64,000 nucleotides of DNA from an uncultured Pseudobdellovibrionaceae bacterium (GCA_964389375.1 CAYMDP010000005.1:765-64764); one strand, 5' to 3'. Numbered from the stretch's first letter, positions 17,692-27,803 are shown. The notes: generated by a model from the letters alone, not told the origin. Numbers and translations are program-made.

Positions 17692-18093
17692 CTATGGGTT
17701 AACCTGAGGCTTGGATTCTTGCTGTGGGGCCTTTTTCGAGTCGCTGATAAGAAAGTAAGCTACGACATAGGCCAAGATCACTCCACCGAAAGACATAAAA
17801 CAAAGGCTTAGGGCTAAGAAGCGGACGATGCCAACTTCAATTTCAAGCCGCTGAGCTAGTTTTGAACACACCCCTAAAATTTTTGAATCCAGAGCTTGAT
17901 CCAAGCGGTCAGCGCGAGGAAGTGAGAAGGCAAGGCCGAGGTAAACGAAAAGTCCAAAGCCGCCAAAAAGCACGGCAACTAAAAGCAAGACGCGGAGGAT
18001 GCCTACTTCCAGATCCAATGTGTCGGCCAGGCCAGAGCAAACTCCAGCAATAACCCCTTCTTCAGAGCGCTTCCACTTCATCTGTTGAGTCAT
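17692..18093 (-). CDS. PspC-domain membrane protein (two PspC-like repeats)
   Basis: GVIAGVCSGLADTLDLEVGILRVLLLV and KILGVCSKLAQRLEIEVGIVRFLAL. The ATG at 18093 is preceded by a GGGAGG Shine-Dalgarno. Confidence 0.7.
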   Translation of the reverse strand: MTQQMKWKRSEEGVIAGVCSGLADTLDLEVGILRVLLLVAVLFGGFGLFVYLGLAFSLPRADRLDQALDSKILGVCSKLAQRLEIEVGIVRFLALSLCFMSFGGVILAYVVAYFLISDSKKAPQQESKPQVNP

Positions 18094-18228
18094 ATTAAAT
18101 CCTCCCAAAGAGTCGGACTTTAGCAGGTCAGAGGTCCAAAAGAAAAGAAAAAAGACCAGCTTGCCTTTTGCCATCTTTAGCCCTGCTTGGTATGGGTATA
18201 GGTACAGCCCTTTATGCTCGGAGAGTTT

Positions 18229-20907
18229 ATGTCTTTGTCAGATCGATATTCGCCACAAGATGTTGAAGACCGCACCTATGCTTGGTGGTTAAGCCAAGGC
18301 TACCTTAAGGCTGAAGATGTCTCGACGAAGCCTCCTTACTCAATTATTTTACCGCCGCCGAATGTCACGGGCTCTCTTCATATGGGACATGCCTTGGATC
18401 ACACAATCCAGGATGTACTCACCCGTTGGAAGCGCATGTCGGGCTTTAATACTTTATGGCTTCCGGGAACGGATCACGCGGGGATTGCGACTCAATCTGT
18501 TGTCGAGCGTGAACTTAAAAAAAATGAAAAGCTCAACCGAAAAGATCTGGGACGAGAAAAGTTTGTCGAAAAAGTATGGGATTGGAAAAAGCAATACGGG
18601 GATCGCATCGCCCATCAAATGCAAAAGCTTGGAGATTCCTGTGATTGGGATCGCCATGTTTTTACACTTGATGAAGGGGTGTCCAAAGCAGTTCGAAAAG
18701 TATTTGTTTCTCTTTACGAGAAAAAATGGATCTACAAAGGACAAAAACTGATCAACTGGAGTCCGGCCCTTGAATCCGCTATCTCGGATCTTGAGGTTGA
18801 GCACCAAGAAGTTAAAGGAAGTCTTTGGCATCTGGCTTATCCCTTAAGTGATGGTTCGGGACAAATTATTGTCGCGACAACTCGTCCAGAAACCATGCTT
18901 GGCGATACCGCCGTTGCGGTTCATCCAGATGATGAACGTTACAGAGCGATGATCGGAAAAAAAATTAAGCTTCCGCTGACCCAACGTGAGATTCCCATTA
19001 TTGCGGACTCCGAGGTCAATCAAGAATTCGGAAGTGGAGCTGTAAAAATCACTCCAGCCCATGACTTTAACGATTACAAGATGGGTCTTCGCCACAAGTT
19101 GCCGATGATCAACATCCTTAACAAAGATGGAAGTTTAAACGACCAGGCTGGAGCTTATCAGGGGCTTAAGGTCGCAGAGGCACGAAAAAAAATCTTGATC
19201 GATTTAGAAGCCGGTCAAGTTTTAGTTAAAACCGAGCCACATACGCTTCAGGTGGGGCATTGTTCTAGAAGTGGTTGCGTCGTTGAGCCTTTTCTTTCTG
19301 AACAGTGGTTTGTAAAGATGGAAGAATTGGCGGTTCCAGCTCGGCGGGTGGTCGAAAATGGAAGCATCCGCTTTGAGCCGGAGCAGTGGACCAAAACTTA
19401 TCTGCACTGGATGAGTATCATCGAAGACTGGTGTATTTCACGGCAGCTTTGGTGGGGACATAGAATTCCCGCCTGGAACTGTGCCGATTGCGGAAAAATC
19501 ACGGTGAGCGAAAGTGATCCATCAGAATGCCAGGCCTGTAAGAGTAAAAAAATCTCTCAGGATGAAGACGTTTTGGACACCTGGTTTAGTTCAGCCCTTT
19601 GGCCTTTTAGCACCATGGGCTGGCCCGAAGACACTGAAGCACAGAAAACTTTTTATCCCACAAATGTCTTAGTCACTGGCCACGATATTATCTTCTTTTG
19701 GGTCGCTCGTATGATCGTCATGGGCCTTGAGTTTAAAAAAGATGTTCCTTTTCGAACAGTCTACGTTCACGGCCTCGTCCGAGATGCACAGGGTAAAAAA
19801 ATGTCGAAGTCTTCTGGGAATGCGGAAGACCCTGTGGCTTTGATCGAAAGCCACGGGGCAGATGCCTTAAGGTTTTCTTTGATGGCATCGGTCGCCTCTG
19901 GACGTGACTTAAAGTTTTCGATGCAGCGTCTTGAGGGCTACAGAAACTTTATGAATAAAATTTGGAATGCGACGCGGTTTTCGTTAACGGCGCTCGAAGG
20001 CTTTAAGGCGCCTGATGAAGGGACAGCTGCGCTTCCGGTAAAGTCGGATCTGACTTCTGCGGATCATTGGATTATTCATAAAACTGCACTTTGTGAAAAA
20101 GAAGTCGATCAGGCTTTGACGGCCTATCGTTTTTCGGATGCCGCGCTTTCGATTTACTCCTTTGTTTGGAATGATTTTTGTGACTGGTATCTAGAGTTTA
20201 TTAAGCCCATTATCTACGGAGAGGATTCAAAAGAAAAGCAGGCCACTCAACTTGTCTTGGCGCAAACCTTAAATCGAATCATGCGATTGCTTCATCCTTT
20301 TTGCCCATTTATCTCGGAAGAGATTTTTCAAAAACTTCCGATCAAGTCTGAGGCCCTTATTGTTGATTCTTTTCCAAACTTAAGAAATGATAAAGAGTGG
20401 CTGGCCTGTGGATCTTCAGAAGCAGCCTTTGAGTTAGATGTTGTTCGAGAGGTCATTGCGGCGATTCGAAACATTCGCGGAGAAAACCGCATTAAGCCGG
20501 GTGAAAAATTAAAAGTTCGCCTCGCACCAAGTGAAGATCAGGCGCAAAAGATCTTAGGGAATAATAAACAAGCGATTATGACTTTAGCAAAACTGGAGTC
20601 CTGTGATATCGGAGAGCCCGGGTCTTTAAGCAAATGCGCATTGACTCCGGTGCGAGTGGGTTCGGTGCAGGTGGATGTGATTGTACCTCTTGAGGGCTTG
20701 GTTGATATCGAGGAAGAGGTAAAACGAATCTCTAAAACCCTCGAGAAGCAACAGCGCGAGATCATGGGTCTTGTGAAGCGCCTAGGAAACGAAGAGTTTG
20801 TTAGAAATGCTCCAGAAGAAGTCGTAGAACAAGGAAAGGCTCAGCTTGAAGAGCTTAAGGGTCAGGTCCATGCTCTTCAAGAAAGTCTAGCTCGCTTAAC
20901 GAGCTAG
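18229..20907 (+). CDS. valS: Valine--tRNA ligase
   Basis: PPPNVTGSLHMGHAL (HIGH-type motif), KMSKS, and a C-terminal coiled coil. The start is at 18229 or 18214. Confidence 0.95.
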   Translation: MSLSDRYSPQDVEDRTYAWWLSQGYLKAEDVSTKPPYSIILPPPNVTGSLHMGHALDHTIQDVLTRWKRMSGFNTLWLPGTDHAGIATQSVVERELKKNEKLNRKDLGREKFVEKVWDWKKQYGDRIAHQMQKLGDSCDWDRHVFTLDEGVSKAVRKVFVSLYEKKWIYKGQKLINWSPALESAISDLEVEHQEVKGSLWHLAYPLSDGSGQIIVATTRPETMLGDTAVAVHPDDERYRAMIGKKIKLPLTQREIPIIADSEVNQEFGSGAVKITPAHDFNDYKMGLRHKLPMINILNKDGSLNDQAGAYQGLKVAEARKKILIDLEAGQVLVKTEPHTLQVGHCSRSGCVVEPFLSEQWFVKMEELAVPARRVVENGSIRFEPEQWTKTYLHWMSIIEDWCISRQLWWGHRIPAWNCADCGKITVSESDPSECQACKSKKISQDEDVLDTWFSSALWPFSTMGWPEDTEAQKTFYPTNVLVTGHDIIFFWVARMIVMGLEFKKDVPFRTVYVHGLVRDAQGKKMSKSSGNAEDPVALIESHGADALRFSLMASVASGRDLKFSMQRLEGYRNFMNKIWNATRFSLTALEGFKAPDEGTAALPVKSDLTSADHWIIHKTALCEKEVDQALTAYRFSDAALSIYSFVWNDFCDWYLEFIKPIIYGEDSKEKQATQLVLAQTLNRIMRLLHPFCPFISEEIFQKLPIKSEALIVDSFPNLRNDKEWLACGSSEAAFELDVVREVIAAIRNIRGENRIKPGEKLKVRLAPSEDQAQKILGNNKQAIMTLAKLESCDIGEPGSLSKCALTPVRVGSVQVDVIVPLEGLVDIEEEVKRISKTLEKQQREIMGLVKRLGNEEFVRNAPEEVVEQGKAQLEELKGQVHALQESLARLTS

Positions 20908-20952
20908 CTGATTTTGAACTATTCTGATTTTGGGCGTGCTTGCGAAGGGTCT

Positions 20953-20981
20953 ATCGGACGAGGCCGAATGGCTCGTCCGAT
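20953..20981. terminator. Hairpin between convergent valS and the next gene
   Basis: atcggacgaggcc-gaat-ggctcgtccgat, a stem of about 12 bp with one bulge. No clear U-tract. Confidence 0.4.
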
Positions 20982-20987
20982 GTAAAA

Positions 20988-21719
20988 CTAAAGCTCTGTG
21001 ATTTGTCCGTCGCCCTGAACAAAATAGGATTTGCTCATCTGGTGACTCTTAAGGGGAGTTTTAACGGACCACTGAAGTTCTAATTCCATTCCTGCTTTTG
21101 GGAAGGCTGATGAACCTAGGTTAAGGATCTGGCCAACTCTAACCTGAGCATCAAAGTTGTAGCCCCAAACCACATCCAATTGAGTCGGAATGACCTGAGC
21201 ATTGGCGATATACTGTCCTTGTCCAAACATCCCACCGCCGTGAGAGAACACAACTTTAAATTCAAAGCCGACAACTCTGGATCCGAGTAAGTTCTTATAA
21301 GAAACATTGTAGGTCGCGACTTTGGGAACTTGCCAGCCATCAAGATCCGTCCAGCACTTCACTCCTCGAGGAAGAGCGTGCGAGCTGACTCCGCGAACAT
21401 TGACCACGGGCCGCCCTTTTTCGATGATCTGCCAAAGTTGTTTTCCGTAGCCGATGATCTGATCCATAACAACAGTACCATCAACCTGGGGCGTGAAATC
21501 ATCTGGAGCCATCGCACTACAGTCGCCGGCATAAGATAAAGTCTGAAACAAGGCAGATCCCGGAAGTAATTCACCTTCGGAAACCTTCTGAATCTCGATC
21601 GAATCAACCGTGAAATACTGTTCTTGATCCAATGTCGGTTGTTGTGGATTGGACTCAGCAGCGAAGCTGGATGCGCTTAAGAAAGCGCCTAAGGCGAAAA
21701 CAAGTATAGACCGAAACAT
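20988..21719 (-). CDS. Secreted hypothetical protein
   Basis: ATG at 21719 preceded by an AAGGGGGA Shine-Dalgarno. Signal peptide MFRSILVFALGAFLSASSFA. No recognisable domain. Confidence 0.6.
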   Translation of the reverse strand: MFRSILVFALGAFLSASSFAAESNPQQPTLDQEQYFTVDSIEIQKVSEGELLPGSALFQTLSYAGDCSAMAPDDFTPQVDGTVVMDQIIGYGKQLWQIIEKGRPVVNVRGVSSHALPRGVKCWTDLDGWQVPKVATYNVSYKNLLGSRVVGFEFKVVFSHGGGMFGQGQYIANAQVIPTQLDVVWGYNFDAQVRVGQILNLGSSAFPKAGMELELQWSVKTPLKSHQMSKSYFVQGDGQITEL

Positions 21720-21831
21720 AAATCCCCCTTTTGGTTCATGGATCTTATGACCCAATGCACGAATTGAGTTTTAAGTCTGTGAAGAGCTTTCCGGTTATGA
21801 AAATTGTATATTTGAAATAAATACAGGGCCC

Positions 21832-22833
21832 TTAAGTGAGCCCTATTTCCTTAAGACGTTGCTTTAGGAAGTCACCGGCCGTGATGTCCGGGTATTTTGC
21901 CCCATTGCCGCGGCAAGACTCAAGACAAGTCAAAAGGGCATCCGGGTTTGGGTGCATGAAAAATGGCATCGAGTAGCGGCTGGTGTTTGCTCCTGCGGGA
22001 TTCACCACTCGGTGAGTCGTCGATGGGATCACATCATTGGTAATCCGTGCGAGCATGTCTCCTGAATCTACAATAAGATTGTTCGCACTGGTCTCAATCG
22101 CAAGCCACTTTCCATCGCGGTCCAGAAGTTCAAGACCCGAGGCAGAGGCGCTAACTAAAATTGTAATCAAGTTGATGTCTTCATGGGCCGCCGCACGAAT
22201 ACAACGAGGGTCAACTCCCTCGGGAATTGGGGGATAGTGAAGAAGACGCAAAACCGAACTTCCGTAATCGACTTTGGTTTCAAAGTAGTCGGCTTCAAGC
22301 TTTAGGGGTCCCGTTAGGGCTTCAAGAAGAACTCTGCCAACATCGTCGAGACGTTTGTACATTTCTTGGAAGGTCGGTTTGAATTCGGGCAAAGCCGCGG
22401 GCCAAATATTTTCAGGATAGTCGGCCTTCAGCGGATGGCTTGGATCAAGATCGCGTCCGACATGCCAAAATTCTTTCAAATCTGGAACCTTGGCGTCCTT
22501 TGCATGTTCTTTTCCAAAGGGGGTATAACCTCTTTGACCTCCACCTGCGGGACTAATTAACTTTAATTTTTCTTCAACTGGGAGCTCGAATAATTTTTGA
22601 GAAAGTTGGTAGGCTTGACGTAACAGTTCCACGTCAATCGGGTGGTCTTTTAATACGATAAACCCATAATGTTTAAGACCCGCAAAAAAATCTTGAATAA
22701 ATTCTTGGCGTTCGGAGTCTTTTCCCTCGAGGTAGCTTTTCAAGCTGAGTTCAGGGACCTTCAAGTACTCACGGACTTGTGGCTTTCCCTTGTGCTCCAT
22801 TTGATCTTTTGCTGGCGTTTGATTCATATCCAT
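21832..22833 (-). CDS. 2-oxoglutarate/Fe(II)-dependent oxygenase (isopenicillin-N-synthase-like)
   Basis: AAHEDINLITIL (HxD) and STTHRV (distal His/Arg), embedded in a full-length 2OG-oxygenase-like sequence. Confidence 0.75.
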   Translation of the reverse strand: MDMNQTPAKDQMEHKGKPQVREYLKVPELSLKSYLEGKDSERQEFIQDFFAGLKHYGFIVLKDHPIDVELLRQAYQLSQKLFELPVEEKLKLISPAGGGQRGYTPFGKEHAKDAKVPDLKEFWHVGRDLDPSHPLKADYPENIWPAALPEFKPTFQEMYKRLDDVGRVLLEALTGPLKLEADYFETKVDYGSSVLRLLHYPPIPEGVDPRCIRAAAHEDINLITILVSASASGLELLDRDGKWLAIETSANNLIVDSGDMLARITNDVIPSTTHRVVNPAGANTSRYSMPFFMHPNPDALLTCLESCRGNGAKYPDITAGDFLKQRLKEIGLT

Positions 22834-23061
22834 AGATCTTTCCCCCCGGATTGCCAGCTTCTAGGCCGACTCTGGGGATGGGTCAAGGGCAATTTAAAAG
22901 CGAATAGCTATACAAGCAGCTGTCAAAGCATCCGACGTTTCATCTTGAGAGAATCTCACATTGAGACACTCTAGAGGTCTTAAATTCCGTTTGGGGATTT
23001 GGCCCTCGCGGTATGTCCGTTGCATTGTTTAAGTCATAGGAACTTAATTTGAGGGGGCATA

Positions 23062-24006
23062 ATGTTACTCGTAAAGAACCTGTATATTAGATTTAAAGTT
23101 GGCCAGGCTTCTGAGGCTTATCAATTTGCAGCCCTCGTCCTTTTAACAATGTTTTTATTAAGCTTTCAGAATTGCGCTAAGGCTAAATTCACATCTTTAG
23201 ATGATGTTTCTGCGAAGTCGAACCTGGCTGTTGATTTAGACCCACCAGTTAACGGCGGGGACGTCCCGAACCCTACTGACGGAGATGCCGGAGGCAACGG
23301 GGGAGATGGGAACGGTGGCGGCAATGATGATGACCAGGATAATGGAAATGATGACGACAATGATGATGACGGAAATGATGATGACGACCAGGGTTCAAAT
23401 CCTGATGATGACCAGGAAGATCCAAACGAGTCCATTTGTTCAGCGGATGCCATCGTGAATGGGAGCTTCGAACTCACCGACTCAAGAAAGGGTTTAGTTC
23501 ACAATATCCAGCTCGACAATCTGGCGAATAGTTCTCAGCGCTGGGATGTTTTCCATAAACTTCCTGGAGTGAAGCCGAATTCCTTCTCTTGGTATACAGT
23601 CAAGGGATCTGGCATCGAAGTTCAGGCCAGTCTTTTAGGTCCGGCCTATGATGGAGTGAATTATGTAGAGTTGGATTCTCACCCAACAAGTCTGGATCAG
23701 TCGCGAACGAATTCAACGATGTCTCAACAAATCTATCTTCAGAAATCTGGTAAGTACCGTTTGGTGTTTTACTATAAGGCTAGAACTAAGAATGTGGCAG
23801 AAAACGACATCGAGGTCCTTATCAATGACAAGCTGGTTAAAGTTGTGAAAAGTCAAAATGAGCCGAACTGGAGAAAAGTCATTGTGAACTTAAACAATGT
23901 CAGTTCGGGTCACCACAAAGTCTCTTTTCGGGCGGCAGGCAAAGAAACAACTTACGGTGGTTTAATCGATAAGGTCAGTCTGCATAAGGTTTGTGCGAAG
24001 AAATAA
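23062..24006 (+). CDS. Secreted protein: lipobox, Asp/Asn/Gly-rich linker, DUF642-like (galactose-binding-like) domain
   Basis: SFQNCAK lipobox-like site. The low-complexity region GGDVPNPTDGDAGGNGGDGNGGGNDDDQDNGNDDDNDDDGNDDDDQG is encoded by nt 23254-23430. The C-terminal part has IVNGSFE...VNYVELD...YRLVFYYKAR. Confidence 0.55.
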   Translation: MLLVKNLYIRFKVGQASEAYQFAALVLLTMFLLSFQNCAKAKFTSLDDVSAKSNLAVDLDPPVNGGDVPNPTDGDAGGNGGDGNGGGNDDDQDNGNDDDNDDDGNDDDDQGSNPDDDQEDPNESICSADAIVNGSFELTDSRKGLVHNIQLDNLANSSQRWDVFHKLPGVKPNSFSWYTVKGSGIEVQASLLGPAYDGVNYVELDSHPTSLDQSRTNSTMSQQIYLQKSGKYRLVFYYKARTKNVAENDIEVLINDKLVKVVKSQNEPNWRKVIVNLNNVSSGHHKVSFRAAGKETTYGGLIDKVSLHKVCAKK

Positions 24007-24026
24007 AGTGAAATTCTGGGCTAGCG

Positions 24027-24061
24027 ATGTGGGTTAAGGTATGTTAAATCTTAACCCACAT
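24027..24061 (+). other. Hairpin ending on the rnr start codon
   Basis: atgtgggttaag-(11 nt)-cttaacccacat, a 12-bp perfect stem. The last two stem bases are the A and T of the rnr ATG (24060). Confidence 0.6.
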
Positions 24062-26252
24062 GCGACATAGAAAAGGCTCAAAGGGCTCAAAAGGCTTCAA
24101 GAAATCGAAAGATAACTTTCACAGCAAAAAACCACAAAAAATTCTTCAGGGGATCGTCAAGCGCCACCCGGATGGCTTCGGATTCTTTATTGCAGACGAT
24201 GCAGATCAGGTCGACGTCTATATCCCGCGAAATTTTATGAGCGGGGTTATGGCGAATGATCGTGTAGAGATCTCGATGGAAAGAGAAAGCGGTGGGGATC
24301 GATTCCGCGGAGAGATTCTAGAGATTCTTCAGCGCGCGACAAATCAGGCGGCGGGCCAATACACCGCCTTGCCCGATGGTAAAGGAATTCTTAAAGACAA
24401 AAGCTTCGCCTGGGGAAGTGACCTGATCGTAGAGAACCCAGAAAATATTCCGGTAAAAGATAAAGACTGGGTTGCGGTTCGGTTGACCGATTATCCGGAT
24501 TCAGCGCGGGGTTTTCGAGGAGTCCTTGTTAAGGTCATCGGAGACATATTAGATCCCTTAAATGACTCTCCTAGGGTTCTTCATCTTCATCGAATTCCAG
24601 ATGAATTTAGCAAAAAAACAATTCAAGAGGCCGCCCGTTTCGGTGAAGAGGTTGATCCTCGTGACATCGAAGGACGAGTCGATTTGCGCGAGATGCCCTT
24701 GATCACTATTGATGGGCAAACGGCAAAAGATTTTGACGATGCTATTTTAGTGCAGAATCAACCAACTGGATTTCGCTTGATCGTAGCGATTGCGGACGTC
24801 AGTCATTACGTCAAGTTGAACACGGCCATTGATGAAGATGCTTACGAGCGGGGAACGAGCACTTATTTTCCAAACTTCGTCTCTCCCATGCTTCCAAAAA
24901 ACTTAAGTGATCATTTGTGTTCACTAAAGCCCAATGTGGATCGTCTATGTCTAGTGGCGGACATGACCTTTGATTTTCAGGGAGAAAAAACGAGTTCTAA
25001 GTTTTACGAAGCCGTGATGCGCAGTCACGCCCGAGTCACTTATGGGCAAGCCCAAGAAGTGATTGATGGCAGTGTGCCCGAAAGTCTTCGGCACGTGGCG
25101 GACTGTATTTTGCGGGCCTCAGACTTAGCCAAGATATTGATGGCCAAAAGATTTCGCGAAGGATCTTTAAATTTAGAGATTCCGCAGACAGAAATTGAAG
25201 TGGATGAAACGGGACAGCCAGTAGATATCATGCAGGCCGAAAGAATTTTTTCTCATCGTTTGATTGAAGAGATGATGTTGGCCGCCAACGTGGCCGTTGC
25301 CGAATTTTTAAATCAAAATGAGCGCGCGGTTTTATTTCGGATTCACGAAGAGCCAAATCCTGAAGCCATTATGAATTTGGTCAACTACCTTCACACTTTA
25401 GGCTTTCAAAAAACGATTTCTGGAGGAGACCTTCAGAAAAAAATTACCAAAGCGCTTCAGGAATTTTCGGGCCATCCTCATGAGCATATTTTGAATGTGC
25501 TGACCTTAAGATCGATGGCTCAGGCGAAATATTCTCCTCATAATGTGGGGCATTTTGGTTTGGGTTTTGCGAATTATGCTCACTTCACAAGTCCTATTCG
25601 AAGATACCCGGATTTAATTGTTCACCGAGTTTTAAAGTCAGTGATTTGCCCCGGCAAGGGTTACGGGGCTTACAGCATGGACGAGCTTGAGTCTGCTGGA
25701 ACTGTCTTAAGTGCTGCTGAGCAAAGGTCGGTCAAAGCAGAGCGTCATATCCAGGCCATTAAAAAAGCCCGCTTTATGAGTAAACATCTGGGACAGGTTT
25801 TTGAGGGCTTCATCAGCTCGGTTACAAAATTTGGACTTTTTGTATTGCTTAGACAATTCGACGTCGATGGCCTTATTCGTCTTGAGGACCTCGGTGGAGA
25901 TCGCTTTGAATTTGATCCCGAAAAACTTATCCTGGTTGGCCGAAAATCTGGTATGAAATACGTCATCGGAGACCCTCTTATGATTCAAGTGGCTGCAGCC
26001 CATATTGATGAAGGACGGGTGGATTTCGTATTGGCTCCGGTTGAGGGTGCAAAGCCAAAATCAGTTCGGGATAGATTTTTAGAAGAATCTTCTTCTGGGC
26101 CAACGGAAAAACTAGGTTTTAGATCGAAGAAAAGGGAGAACGGTAAGGGTGGCAAACGGGCGCGTCAGCAAACTGAAAAACGCGGGAAGGCTGAAGACAA
26201 TTCTGGGCATCTTCGCTCGTCACGGTTTTCAAAGCCTACTCGAAAGAGCTAA
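24060..26252 (+). CDS. rnr: Ribonuclease R
   Basis: OB/cold-shock-like N-terminus, RNB region (ITIDGQTAKDFDDAI, HFGLGFANYAHFTSPIRRYPD), an S1 domain, and a Lys/Arg-rich tail. Confidence 0.9.
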   Translation: MRHRKGSKGSKGFKKSKDNFHSKKPQKILQGIVKRHPDGFGFFIADDADQVDVYIPRNFMSGVMANDRVEISMERESGGDRFRGEILEILQRATNQAAGQYTALPDGKGILKDKSFAWGSDLIVENPENIPVKDKDWVAVRLTDYPDSARGFRGVLVKVIGDILDPLNDSPRVLHLHRIPDEFSKKTIQEAARFGEEVDPRDIEGRVDLREMPLITIDGQTAKDFDDAILVQNQPTGFRLIVAIADVSHYVKLNTAIDEDAYERGTSTYFPNFVSPMLPKNLSDHLCSLKPNVDRLCLVADMTFDFQGEKTSSKFYEAVMRSHARVTYGQAQEVIDGSVPESLRHVADCILRASDLAKILMAKRFREGSLNLEIPQTEIEVDETGQPVDIMQAERIFSHRLIEEMMLAANVAVAEFLNQNERAVLFRIHEEPNPEAIMNLVNYLHTLGFQKTISGGDLQKKITKALQEFSGHPHEHILNVLTLRSMAQAKYSPHNVGHFGLGFANYAHFTSPIRRYPDLIVHRVLKSVICPGKGYGAYSMDELESAGTVLSAAEQRSVKAERHIQAIKKARFMSKHLGQVFEGFISSVTKFGLFVLLRQFDVDGLIRLEDLGGDRFEFDPEKLILVGRKSGMKYVIGDPLMIQVAAAHIDEGRVDFVLAPVEGAKPKSVRDRFLEESSSGPTEKLGFRSKKRENGKGGKRARQQTEKRGKAEDNSGHLRSSRFSKPTRKS

Positions 26253-27789
26253 TCTAGGGCGCTTTGTTTTAGAGCGCTTCCTATCTTCAGAAATAGAAAA
26301 CAAATCCGTTCCAGAGCGTTTGCGATTGGCCTTCGAACAGCTCGGCCCAACTTTTGTCAAACTAGGTCAGCTTCTTGCTACTCGTCCGGATTTAATCCCC
26401 ACAGATTTTGTAGAAGAGTTTAGAAAACTTCAACATCAGGTGGCTCCGATTTCGTTTCAAGAAATCGAAAAAGTTTTGACCGGCCATTTTGGTCAAGACC
26501 TTGAAGTTGTTTTTGAGTCCTTTGACCAACGCCCCTTGGCCGCCGCCAGTATTGCACAAGTGCATCGAGCCGTGTTGAGAACCGGCGAGCCTGTTGTTGT
26601 CAAAGTTCAGCGCCCTGGGATAGGCCCGATTATTCAAGAAGACACAGGCGTTCTTTATACCTTGGCGGATTTAATTGAAAAATATGTTCCCGAAGCAAGA
26701 CCCTATAATCCCGTAGGAATCGTCGACGAGTTTACAAAAAATTTGGCCCTCGAGACCAATTTTATCGTCGAAGCCAATAATATTCGCCGCTTTGCCGAAA
26801 ATTTTTCCTCTCAACCAGAAATCAAGATCCCTCATGTGTATCGTGAATTCACGGGACGAAAAGTTTTGGTTATGGAAGAGCTTCAGGGGATTCCCTTAAG
26901 CCAAAGAAACGCTCTCGATCAAGAAGGCATTAATCCAGAACTTGTTTTAAAGCGCGGATTGAAGGCCTATTTAAAAATGGTTTTCTCTGACGGTCTTTTT
27001 CACGGCGATCTTCACGCCGGCAATATGTTTGTCTTACCTGATAATCGAATCGGTTTAATAGATTTCGGAATGGTCGGAAGGCTCAATCGAAAAACCCAAA
27101 GTGCGATCGCGAATATGCTTTTGGCATTAGCGGAAGAAGACTACGATCGCCTCGCATACAGTTATATAGATCTTGCGCCCTTTACCGAGCAGTCCGACGT
27201 GGATGTCTTTGCAAGACAACTTCGAGATTTAATTGCTCCGTATTTTGGTCTAACAATGAAGCACATGAATGTCGGTCGCCTCTTGTTGGACTCAACGGGA
27301 GTTGCCGCACGCCAAGGGCTGGTCTTGCCAGCGGATCTAGTTTTATTCTTCAAGTCCATTGTCACAATTGAAGGCATGGGCCGCATTATCGTGGAAGATT
27401 TTGATTTTCTTCAACACTCCCTCCAATTCGCAGACGAATTGGTAAAGTCGCGTTACGAGCCGCAAAAAATCGCAAAAGATTTGAGTTTCTTAGCCCGAGA
27501 CATGAATGTCCTATTAAGCGGACTACCAAGGCAAATCAGGCAAAGCCTACGAAAATTCAACAGCCCCGAATACGCCTCTAAAATCGAGGTCCGTGGCTCC
27601 GAAGATTTTTTGAAAACACTTCGCTCTGGTTTTGCACTAATGTTTTTAGGCCTCATCTTAGGCAGCTTAATTTTGGGATCTTCACTTCTTTTGTCCCAAG
27701 CTTCAGACCCCCAAAGCTTCTGGCTAGCCATCGGTGGGCTGGGATTGTCGATAGGCCTAGGGATATTTTCCTATCTCCGTGGCCACTAA
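26149..27789 (+). CDS. ubiB: ABC1/UbiB-family atypical kinase
   Basis: FEQLGPTFVKLGQLLATRPDLIP, AAASIAQVHRA, HGDLHAGN, and two C-terminal TM helices. The GTG start at 26149 implies a 104-nt overlap with rnr. Confidence 0.8.
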   Translation: MANGRVSKLKNAGRLKTILGIFARHGFQSLLERANLGRFVLERFLSSEIENKSVPERLRLAFEQLGPTFVKLGQLLATRPDLIPTDFVEEFRKLQHQVAPISFQEIEKVLTGHFGQDLEVVFESFDQRPLAAASIAQVHRAVLRTGEPVVVKVQRPGIGPIIQEDTGVLYTLADLIEKYVPEARPYNPVGIVDEFTKNLALETNFIVEANNIRRFAENFSSQPEIKIPHVYREFTGRKVLVMEELQGIPLSQRNALDQEGINPELVLKRGLKAYLKMVFSDGLFHGDLHAGNMFVLPDNRIGLIDFGMVGRLNRKTQSAIANMLLALAEEDYDRLAYSYIDLAPFTEQSDVDVFARQLRDLIAPYFGLTMKHMNVGRLLLDSTGVAARQGLVLPADLVLFFKSIVTIEGMGRIIVEDFDFLQHSLQFADELVKSRYEPQKIAKDLSFLARDMNVLLSGLPRQIRQSLRKFNSPEYASKIEVRGSEDFLKTLRSGFALMFLGLILGSLILGSSLLLSQASDPQSFWLAIGGLGLSIGLGIFSYLRGH

Positions 27790-27803
27790 CCTAAATAGCC
27801 CCA

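Noticed and set aside
18317-18831. 144-aa (+) and 125-aa (-) ORFs inside valS.
   Set aside because: They are embedded in a full-length, motif-complete valS reading frame. There is no independent evidence for them.
23166-23477. 103-aa Ser/Pro-rich antisense ORF opposite the Asp/Asn/Gly linker.
   Set aside because: It is the mirror image of the GAT/GAC/GGN codon runs on the sense strand and is a compositional artefact.
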